DNA of 62,946 bases, counting the filler, from Intoshia linei (taxonomy: Eukaryota; Animalia; Orthonectida): assembly GCA_001642005.1 (NCBI GenBank). It is 5 parts of 5 records of this genome, joined end to end, with 100 filler letters (N's around TTAATTAATTAA, not from the genome) between each part and the next. Parts side by side here need not be neighbours in the genome. Positions count along the whole stretch, not along the records: positions 1 to 25,085 come from LWCA01000510.1; 4 more parts are not named here. One strand, 5' to 3'. The first letter of the stretch is position 1, and every line of letters starts with the position of its first letter. The notes under the pieces were generated by a model. It searched no databases and was not told where the DNA came from. It was given only the letters and a program-made list of their open reading frames with translations. The translations under genes and the position numbers were made by a program. This document shows, piece by piece, positions 13,371-24,371 of the stretch.

Positions 13371-16300
13371 ATGACCGAAGAAAATGAATGGTATTTATTA
13401 CAATTATAAAATATTAGATATTTATAAAAACTGATATTGTATCAACAATAAATGTATTCCCCTATTATGCTGATATCATTTTTACATTATATATGGCGTG
13501 TACATTTTGTTTTAGTTTAAAATTGGAAAAATATCTTTTTGGTACACATTCTGATGCAAGTGATGATTCATTGGATTTTATCGAGCTCGAATCTGATACT
13601 GAAGTACAATCAAAGGTTAAGGTACATTAATTCATTATATTTTGTACTTTGATACAAGGTATCTAAAATGTAATTATTAATGTGCAGTTAAACTTGTACA
13701 ATCTGAACAGCTATTGCGTTTTAAATTTCTTAGATAATGCTCGCCAGACCATTACAGACCCGCCTCCGCTTTGCTGTATACACTGTACAGTAAACTTTTT
13801 CTCCCTTCTTAAATCATGCCAATAAAACTGGAATCCATCAGGACCGTTTAAAATGAACTTATTTTTGTCCAAGAATGTGACAGAATTCGAATTTCAAACA
13901 AAAAAAATCCTACGTTCTTTATGAGCTTTTGAAAAATGAAATAGTAGATAAATACATATTTATTATAATTTTATAAAAATTCTCACAGCGCCCCAAGTGG
14001 GCGCTATTTCCCTTTACATCACAAATACAAACACTGATTTACATTCATCATTTTTTTTAACAAATGATTTCTTTGGAAGGTTTCGTCACAATTGAAAACA
14101 TTCACGTATGTGTTCATTAGGGTGTTTCAAAAAGTAAAAATTTTGCGAGTTTCTTGTTGATGTAGAAAAAATTAAGCTATTATTTACATTGAAACTACTA
14201 TGTGAATTCAATTTTTACTAAATTGTTAATAAAAAAATATTAAAAATTATTTTATTAACAAAATAGGATTGGTTAAATTATCATATTTTTTTAAAATGTA
14301 TATTTAAATATAACAATTTATACAAAAACTCAAAAAAAGGGGTTTACATAATTTATAGTAAAGTATTCAGACATTTTTGAAATTTTTAATTACATAATAA
14401 GTTCAACTTTTGAATGGCATCCATGATTAATTCTTTCCTTAAATTCATCAAATTTCTGAACCTTTTTTTGAAAATATTTAGTCTCGATCATGTTCTCTCG
14501 GAAATTTCATTTGTTAGTCGAACATTTAGTTTTGGTTTATAACTATATTTATTTTTATTTAAGAACCCAATGCAATTTCCATGAAACGAAATCACTAATT
14601 TTCGTAGCATTTTGATTGTGAATTTATGGATACGATATGTTTTCAAACCATGAATCCACAATTAAATCACAACACATTTCTAAACCGTTATCAGTATAAC
14701 CAAGAATATACGCTTTCAAAGCTAAATTAGCACGTATGTTCTATCTAGCACTTGAGAGATTTGGAAATTTATTAAATTTTATTTTTGGTTTATTTTCAGA
14801 AACTTTTAACGTTTTATAGGAATTAAGTAATTTAGCATAATTGCTTCTACACCAAATAGTGCTAAGTGGTACATCAATTTCTCTTATGTATTGTTGACTA
14901 AGGCTGTCACAATTCGACATTAACCATGATACAAATGGGTACTTAATGTTTGGACTTATTGTAAAAGGGTCAAATATTCCATTTATGTATATTCTAAGGA
15001 GTCTATCCAATATATGGCGTTGGCACCCATAATACTCCACTTTTGTATTAAAAACGTTATCATTGAGTATATTTACAACTCCATTTTGTTCCCGTATTCA
15101 CATTACATGTATTACAGATGTACATTACTATGTTATCAATTATTCCATACGTCTCGATAGTTTCTTTTATTGCACAGAAAAGCGTTGTGGAAGTTCCATT
15201 CTTTAGATCAGTTGGTTTTTAACCTTTTTTGTCCTATGCACCCCCAAATATTGATCTTAATGACTGCACTCCTGATTAAAAATTAATTAATACAATATGA
15301 ATTATAAATAAAGTGTTAACTAGTTACTTAATTTTAACGAATACAATTTAATAATTAAAGCTGATTTGGTCATAATAATGGTCGTGGAGAGCCAGCAAAA
15401 GGCCCGGGCGCGATGGAAAGTATAAGCCCCTATAAAAAAAATTTTAAAAAAGGACCTCTATACATTAATTAATCGAACGTTCATTATCTAAAAATTAAAA
15501 ATAACCATTGGAAATCGTATTGATTATCGAAAATATGATATACTTAAGAAATTTTTCATCAATACCTGTTAATAAATTAAAAAAGTAGGCCCTCATGATG
15601 ATTATTCGTGATAGCTAACGAATTATTCTTACAACACGGTATTTATAAGTTTATGACATGTCATGACATGTTATTCGGCCTTTCGGGTGCGTTCGCCACT
15701 TCCGGTTCATTTAACGGTTGTTCCATACCAACTGGTATATCCAACTCGTCCAGGATAGCCAATAATTCGCAATCTTCATTACTTCCATTCGATATCATTA
15801 TATTATCTGCATACAATATTATATCTATCGATATACTGAGTAAGCGTTTTACAATGAACATTATGAACATTGTAGACAATGACAAGAATATCCATGCATA
15901 TTGAACTAATTTATAGATGCTCTTGAGAAGATTCATTAACAATTCACATATGTAGGCACCTATGTAGACGGCCCAAGTAGTAATAAATGATGTTCGAAAA
16001 ATCATACATATGTATATCATCATCATATATATCCAATATATTAAATTTATCTTAGATAATTACGAAACAAAAACGTAAAATTTGGAAGGACGAAGATGAT
16101 GATTCTAGTTTAATGTATTTTTTTGTTTAATTTAAGCTCTAATGTTTCTAACTTTAATTTAAAATTTCATATTTATTTTTATCCCATATTTACTGATCGG
16201 ATAATTTTAAATTACCTGTTTTAGAAATAATAAAAAGCCAAAATGGGTGAATAAATTATTGGATAAAAAAGGTATTTATTATAATTTGGAAAATTTACTG

Positions 16301-18190
16301 CCGAGAACAAGTTATCAAGAACCGGTGGATGCCGGTCCTTGCAAGGCTCGCTATATGGTGCATTGTACATTAAATTATTAGATTCAACAGAAATAACATT
16401 TTCAAGCACATTAAAAGTTAAACGTCATAATGATGTACAATTCAAAATTTGTCGTTTGAATACTCTTTCAAAAAAAGAAACGAATTTATCTATAAAAAAT
16501 AAAAACAATTGCATTATCAACTGTTTTTTGTCAACACGACCTCTCATCATATCTGTATATAAAAACGGATTTGTATATTTTAACAAAGTATGTATATTAT
16601 TTATTTTTTAAAATTGGTATGTAATTTTACCACCTATCAAGGGATTTTCTGTACTTTATATTTTAATTGGTCGTCCATTTTACTGTTTTTTAAAGAATAA
16701 TGAATTATGAGATACATGTAATTAATAATTATTGATGTATTTTAACTTTGGGATTATTAGAGCCTTTACAATTTAGGGTGCGTTAAATATTCCTAGTGTA
16801 GGTGAAATTCTTTATTTTGCACTATTACTTGTAAACAATGTTATATTGATAATTTTTATATTCTGCGCTACGTTTTAAACAATGGGGTGGGTGCTCTATA
16901 GTGTCTTATAATTACAAATAATTTATTAATCTTATTTTAGATTGACGGAGACAACGATTTAGTTTTTTCTACCCAAATCGTTGATCGTTTCAATAAATAT
17001 GAATACATCATGTCTGCATGTTTATGCTTTGAAAAATTAGTTATTGATTACAGTGCAACTAAATTTGTTACGTTTGACATTAAATCTCAAAAAATTGAAT
17101 TATATTCGTTGCCTTATAGTAATTACAATACTATTTTATAATACCTTTTAAAAAAAATTACCATATTATAAATTAGATTTCCGTAATCTGGATAAATTGC
17201 CATACTTGTGTAAAACCTCTATATTTGACGAACAGAGTTATGTGTGTTTTTCTGGTAATGATGGAAATTTTGCTGTTTATGAGGGAACGGTAATTTATTC
17301 ATTATATTTTATTTTCATTATACTGATTCATTTAGAATTTTGAAAAAATAGCTAGTGCTAGAGTCTCAACCAGTTCAATATCAACAATGTGCTTTGTGAA
17401 GGAATTTATTTATTTTGCTACAGGTATTTTTAATAGTTGTATTATTATTATTATTATTATAATTTTAGACAGAGAAATTCACATTTGGAATTTGACAAAA
17501 CGAACATTTACGTCAAAATGCTTAATGACTGATATTTTTAACGTCACATGTATTTCAGTTTCTTCTAGGCAGGATAAAATGGCTTTGGGGTAATTTAATC
17601 AAATAATAACTACAATATTAATATGTAACAAATACATGTATATAATTTTACTACAAAAACCACTTTCCAGATATTTTGGAACCGGATTTTTTTTACTAAA
17701 ATTTAAATTGTCGAAATTGAAAAGTGGGTGCATCGAAAATTTTTTTATTTTCTCAATGTCATGTCATATTTACAATTTAGATGTAAATCAGGAATAGTCA
17801 ATATCTACAAACAACCTACTAATGGAACATTTATAGAAATTAAGAGCGTTCCTAATCTTACATGCGAAATTAAACAATTAAAATTTTCGTCTGATTCAAG
17901 ATTTCTTATTTGTAAATCAAAGAAATATGAAAAAATCAATTTTAAAATTGTAATAATAATTTTGTAACTTTTTTTTATGTTTAATTTTAGTACGATGATT
18001 TATCTAAATCAGTTGTTAAATACGGACCATCAAATTTGAAAAGTTTGCAACCTGTAAATTATTTAAACTTTTCACCCAACAATAAATATCTATCTATTTC
18101 AAATACTAAAGGAGCTGTTTATATCGTGGGGTAATATTTATTTTATTGCTTTTTAATAATTTTAGACTTTCTTCATATTTCGATTATTAA
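13371..18190 (+). CDS. UTP18: U3 snoRNA-associated protein 18 (WD40), multi-exon
   Basis: Contains MTEENECLKLEKYLFG, KIWKDEDD (exon starting 16056), PKW, IDG.N, KSVPNLT..I..LKFS and the C-terminal FSPNNKYLSISNTKG...LSSYFDY*. This is the typical UTP18 motif order. Confidence 0.85.
14118..15130 (-). pseudogene. hATm-type transposase relic with a TAGGGTG terminus, inside UTP18 intron 2
   Basis: Frameshifted ...VNTG..GVV...GCQRHILDRLLR...PNLSSAR* corresponds to the hATm motifs DTTxxNTG, CxHH and ARW. The end TAGGGTGTTTCAAAA is at 14118. Confidence 0.65.
15661..16026 (-). CDS. Hypothetical 121-aa protein (hydrophobic N-half, acidic/Pro tail) nested antisense in a UTP18 intron
   Basis: Open frame with higher GC than its flanks. 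No homology recognised. Confidence 0.4.
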   Translation of the reverse strand: MMMIYICMIFRTSFITTWAVYIGAYICELLMNLLKSIYKLVQYAWIFLSLSTMFIMFIVKRLLSISIDIILYADNIMISNGSNEDCELLAILDELDIPVGMEQPLNEPEVANAPERPNNMS

Positions 18191-18624
18191 AATCTTGTAT
18201 ATTTCAATTAAAATCTACTATGTAATATGACATGTTGATGTATTAAATATTATTATATCTGTTTGTTTTGTGTGAGATTTGGACAAATTTTTTTGTTGGT
18301 TTAGTTTAACGGTTACAAAGTCAACTTTAATAAAGAATTATTACTATTTTGTTATTTTCTTATCTGCCAAAATTTTTTAATTGCTTTCAAGTGCACACCC
18401 CAATGGAAAAAAGGTTGAAAAACACTAATATAGATCCATATTTCTGAGATAGTCATGTAATCTTGTATAATTTTTGTCATTCATATTTTAATTTAAAATT
18501 AAAATGCAAATGATAAATTCATTAGTTATATTATCACCAATGAATATTCTTGTTTTTATTGTTGGTCCAAAATTAAACCATAATAAAATATTATAAATTA
18601 TCGTTCATCAAAATTTCATCAAAA

Positions 18625-21182
18625 ATGTCATCAAATGGATCTCTAAGTTGTAAGAATAGAATTCTATTTTCAAAATTGAGCCAGCATGCTAAACAACCTA
18701 CGCAGGGCAGCAAATTATCAGCAGGATTTGATCTTTATAGGTATGTTTTTAATCAATGTTATCCCGCCGCGTAATCTAAAATCATGAATGCATGTAGTAT
18801 AAATACTTACTGATATAATTTATTTACCGTTTATTTCAATAACTACCAGTCTTAGAATTTGATAAAGTCCTCATTTTAATTACAGTTTTTATCCGGGGGT
18901 GTTAGCAAAATAAATTTTAACCTTTCAAACTAACATCTTAAGGCTCAAAAATCCTAATTGTCCTTTTTTTGAATATCAAACGAATTCGAGAATTTAAAAA
19001 AATTTATCTTCAGAGCCAAAACCCCAAATTACCTTTTTTTTTTAATGAAAACAGCCCTTTAGAATTTAAAAAAAGTTTACAGGTGGTACAGTTGTATCCT
19101 GTTAACACATACAAAAAAAATTTCAATCTGAATAAGTGACGACTTCACGGTCTAAAAAACATTTTAGAATTCATATATTTTTTTTCGAAATATTTTAAAT
19201 AAAAAATGTGAAATAATTAACAGTGCAAAAATTATACTTATGTTTATTAAATAATTATGTAAATACTTACTAAATATATATCATCCTAGTGAAAATGACA
19301 AAATAGGTTTTTATAATTTTATTTTTTTTGGAATTTATGCTATTTTGACGAATTTTTAGGATTGGAATATTTTTAATATTATACACACATTCTGTCTAAT
19401 AAATTAAAAAAATGGGGTAACAATTTTTTAGTAAAATTCTATACGCAAGTGTTAACAAAAAAATTAAGATGGAATAATTCACTGTAAAGTAAAAAGTAAT
19501 GTGATACTACGCTTCCACCTGAAACAATTTTTGGAACTACTTCTTTAAAGGATTGATAATAGTTGCACTTTCAAGTTAGATTTTCAAAGTGAATTTATTT
19601 TTTTGGTAGAATAAAAATGTGCCTTCGGCAGAACTAGGTGCTGTTTGTACGTAGTACATAACAGTCAACCTAGTGATACTATATAATTCTTGCATTTGTC
19701 GTAAAGTGATCTTTACCAAATCTGGCTATTGGTTGCATCTTTGTTTGTTTTTTTCTAGTGGGTTTGGTAAAAACGGATTTTCAAAAAAATATCAAAGTAG
19801 ATTTTCTCTTAAGGCTTGGTAAATTTGTATGTTCTTTTTTGGTGTTGGATTTAGTGGTGTTTTCTCTTTAATAATACATTAATTTAGCCGTGGACCCCTG
19901 TTATATTGTGGAGACCCCTTTGATAACCACTCTAAAGGGTTTTCAACGGCTGTACGCTAGGATTAATTTATTTTTGTTTTTTTTGTAACATTTTATGACT
20001 GTAATTATTTTGAATTTTAATTATTTCAGTGCAGAAAAATGTATAGTAAAAGCCAAATCGAGACAACTCATTAAAACAGATATAAGTCTAGAAATTCCTC
20101 CTGGACATTACGGACGAGTGGGTATCGACATTTATTTAATTTTATTATTTTTAACATTATGTTATAGCGCCCCGATCCGGATTAGCGGTTAGAAATTTTA
20201 TCGATGTGGGAGGTTGTTTCAATGGAATATATTTTAATTTTTACTTTAGCTGGTGTGGTTGATTCGGATTATCGTGGAAATTTATCAATTCTTTTATTCA
20301 ATTTTTCTGAAACTGATTTTGAAGGTAATTTAAACATTTCATGTCACTTAACGGATCGATTACCTACGCCAAAATAATCTTATCGGGATAGATTTTAATT
20401 AAATTGTATAAATACTAGTAATAATAGTAGTGTATACTATTAATAAAAGTTAATGAACAATTTAATTATTGTTATATTCAGGGTCCCCCCGAATTTAACT
20501 TAATTTGTTTGTATTTCGTTGTATAAATTATTTAAATTAAATCTTATTTTAGTAAAAATTGGAGATCGAATTGCACAATTGATTATTGAAAAAATTTTGA
20601 TATGTGAAATGGTTGAAGTTGAGGTTTTTTCATAAAAAATTTATTAATATGTAGTTGCAATTGTGTTTTAATTTCTTTAAAATGAACGACACTACTCTGA
20701 ATTACAGAGAAAGTACTACATGTAGCTTTTGTCAGTATTAACGTAGCTATCTTGATGAGTTTTATGAAATTTTTTATTATATTTTACTATTAGTTTTACT
20801 ATCCATATTGTAATATTTAAAAAAATGAATTTTTTAAAAAACCCTTAAGAAAATTTTAGTTACAATCAAAAATTAATTTTTTATTTTGTCTACTCTATGA
20901 AATCAGTTGTATACCTAACCAAACACTTTTACGCCCACATTGAAGGATACTGGTTTAGATAATTTTAATAATTACATTTAGTATCTATTCTTCTTTTGTT
21001 GTTTAAATAATACAATTTATGTCTATTAAAATTAAATTAATATTTTTTAAATCAAACAATATAAATTTTAACCGCCAATTAATTATTTTCAATTACTTCT
21101 TTATCTGTTGTAAATACAATGTATTTAGTCTATATCAAACACTGATAGAGGACAATGTGGATTTGGTTCTACTGGGATTTAA
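18625..21182 (+). CDS. DUT: dUTPase, multi-exon
   Basis: All five dUTPase motifs are present across exons: AGFDL, GRVAPRSGL, AGVVDSDYRG, GDRIAQL and RGQCGFGSTG*. Confidence 0.97.
18820..19673 (+). mobile_element. Non-autonomous Helitron copy (5'-degenerate) in dUTPase intron 1
   Basis: Collinear with the 27370-29047 element and ends in the hairpin plus CTAG|T at 19670-19674. Confidence 0.85.
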
Positions 21183-21987
21183 TTTATGAATATATAAATT
21201 ATTGTGATTATTGTAATAAATTAATAAATTAAGTTTAATTGACTTGTTTTAAACAAAAGCTAAAAATAAAATTTTACTTCGCACACGTAGGCATTGTCTT
21301 GATATTATATATTTTTTAATATTTAACAAGTATGTCATTGATTTACGAATTTTAATATATGAAACGCAGACTTTGTGGAACATTTCAACACATTGTGGTC
21401 GACCAAATGGACCTCACTCCATTCGATTCAGCCATAGATAAATTGGGGTAATTTAAATGCAATTGATGGCTTAAAAATTGATTTAAATAGATATCTCTTT
21501 ATTTCTACAAAAGAAAAAACAATGCCACTATATTTACCAAAATATTGTTACGGAGGTTCAATTGGATATCATTACAATGTCAAATTTTTTAATTAATGTC
21601 CAAATAAATACTTTAAAAATTACATTTTTTAATTGTCAACATGCCGCTATAAAATCAATAAATTTCCAATTAATAAAGCATAAAGTCGAAGTATACAAAT
21701 GGGGCTAATAAATTTTTGGCAATAAATAATATTTCAATTGTGTAATCATTAATGCACATAAAATACTAATTTTTTGTGACGAAAAATGCAAACAATTCAT
21801 GGAAACTATTATGAAATATTTCAATTTTATTAGCTGCAAATGTAAAAATATACAATGTCATGTAATGAAAGATACCAGTTTATGATTTTTGCTATTTTTA
21901 TATTAATACATACAATGACAATTTGAAGATTATCTTTTTTAGTCAATCATTACCTCAATTTTAATGTCATTTTAATTATTCTGTAAA

Positions 21988-22302
21988 ATGAATCCAGGAG
22001 AAGAATTTACAAAACTCTTGTTTCATTTAAAAAATGATGATACACCTTACATGAAAAAAATTTATAAAAACGTCAATAATATTACTCTATTTGATGTCAA
22101 GACCATTCTAGAGTTGGATGATGGGAATCGATTCTATTTTAAATCAAAAGATAGTGATGAAGGTGTTGTAAAGGAACAAATTTGCAATAATAAGGATATT
22201 GTACCCAACTTTGATGGGCGTATTATTTGTTATGTTTTACTTACGAAACATAATAGTATTGGCGCATCTCATGATTCTATTAATGGTGTCAATTGCAAGT
22301 AA
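21988..22302 (+). CDS. Dishevelled-type DIX-domain protein (DIX only, 104 aa, intronless as read)
   Basis: TKLLFHL..DDTPYMKKI...ITLFDVK...FYFKSKDSDEGVVKEQI...VPNFDGRIICYV matches the Dvl DIX pattern TKIIYHID..ETPYLVK...TL.DFK...FFFKS.D.DFGVVKEEI...LP.FNGRVVSWL. Confidence 0.88.
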   Translation: MNPGEEFTKLLFHLKNDDTPYMKKIYKNVNNITLFDVKTILELDDGNRFYFKSKDSDEGVVKEQICNNKDIVPNFDGRIICYVLLTKHNSIGASHDSINGVNCK

Positions 22303-22902
22303 TTTTAAAACTATTTGTGCAGTGTTACTTTTTGTTTTTAGCCACTCTTGTCAAAGCTCTTGTGGTATTTTTTATTATATCTATTAATTAACAAATTATA
22401 AAATTATAATTATATTTTAAATATATAAATATAGATGAAAAATTTTTCGCGTCTTATAGAAATGGCTAGCCCATGACGTTAGAACACCTTGACACATTAT
22501 AATTACACTTAATCAATTTTTAATGTTCGTTAATGGGTATTTTGTTTATTTTTACTTACAATTCCAACATGTATCGTCAATATATTTAAATATGACATTT
22601 ATTGATTTAATTTTTTACTAAGTGGGTTATTTAATAGATTAGAGTAGGAATAATTAGCCGTCTAGAGCAGGCATACATACATACATATGTTCATCGACGG
22701 GTAGTACTAATTATTTATAGTTTGCGGACCATATACATTAAACTAAAAATTTTTAGATTTCCTAAAGTCGTGTAAAATTTTTCTATTAATTTTTAGTAAA
22801 TTCCTGTTATGATGACATTACAACTGAATCGAATTTTTCAAAAAACATCAATATACCATCTAGTGGCCAGTAATTTAATTTATTATAATTTTTATTAAGA
22901 TA

Positions 22903-24371
22903 CTAGCTTGCATGTTATGTACTTTGTACAAAAAGCATCCTAGATCTGCCGAGGGTGAACTTAATAATGGGATAATCGTTTTTATGGTACCGCAAATCAT
23001 ATCAGAACGGTCAGATCCAAAGTTTGCATTCAATCCTACAAGTTCATTTTTTGATTAAGTAGATTGGAATTGAAGTAACCATTATTTGTCAAATAAACCT
23101 GTGATACCGTCTGAGTGGATTCTAACCTACCATAATCGATTTCATCCCGAAAAATATTAGGTCCATTAAAGGGTGGAAATGATGTGTAATTCCCTCTAGC
23201 CGATACTCTTTTCATGAAACGAAAGTATAGTTATGATATCGAAATATATGCTATTAAATGAAAAATTGTTCGAAAACAATGCGTAGTGTGACACTACTAG
23301 TGTCATATAGCTATATCCACCTCACCAAGCGTTTTCAATTGAAATTTTAATTTAATTTAATTGTTAACCCACAAAATAGTTGATATTCAAGAAGGTAATG
23401 TTTTTTAATGTTCAATTTGAAAAAATGAGGAATAATTGCTTCACAAGGGGTCTGGGTATTTTTGGTTTGGCACTGCATGACATGTAGTTAGTGTTAATCT
23501 GATATAAACTTTGCAAAGCTTTTTATATATACTTTATTTAGATTAGGTTCATGTGAAATATCTCAATTAGACAAATACAATAAAAATCAAATTAAAAAAT
23601 TTAAACACAAGTATCCTGAAGATAATGTAATATTTAAAAAAAAAACTTATTACTGATCTCACGAAAATAAATATATTTTTGTTATAAATTTTTTTTGAAA
23701 TTGTAGGATAAATATTTACATTTTTAATTTTAATTCAAACATTTGAAAAATATTGGTTGATAATATATTAAAAATCATTTTTCATCAGGAATGCGTAGAT
23801 TTATCGGTTTGAAGTTTTGTATTTATATCAACTGGAATAAAATGTTTCAGAATAATCTTTTTTTTTTAATTGTAGGACTGTTAATTATTTCACATTTTTT
23901 ATTTTAATAAAATATTTCGGAAAAAAATATATGAATACTAAAATGCTTTTTTGACCGTGAAGTCGTCCACTTATTCAGATTTAAATTTTTTGTTATTAAC
24001 ATGATACAACTGTATAACCTGTAAATTTTTTGAAATTTCTAGGGTTGTTTTTATTAAAAAAAGAAGGATCATTTGAGGTTTTGGCCCTGAAGATATAATT
24101 TTTTTAAATTTAAATTTATGATAATGTGTATGAGTTTAAAACGTATATCACCGTATATATGGTTTGAAATTCTCCAACTCGTTTGATTTTAAAAAAAAAG
24201 GACAATTGGGGTTTTTGACCCGTAAGATGTGAGTTTGGGAGGTTGAAATTTATTTTGCGAACCCCCCCGAAAAAAACTAATTGAAATGTGGACTTTATAC
24301 AATTCTAAGACGGGTAGTTATTTAAATAAAGTGGAACACACACATAAAAACAGAAATCGCGTTGTATATTA
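22903..24371 (-). mobile_element. Helitron family 3' end (22903-22955) and 5' half (~23680-24371) flanking unrelated sequence
   Basis: Reverse-strand hairpin and CTAG at 22903-22906. The stretch 23680-24360 aligns with 28120-29030. Confidence 0.7.
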
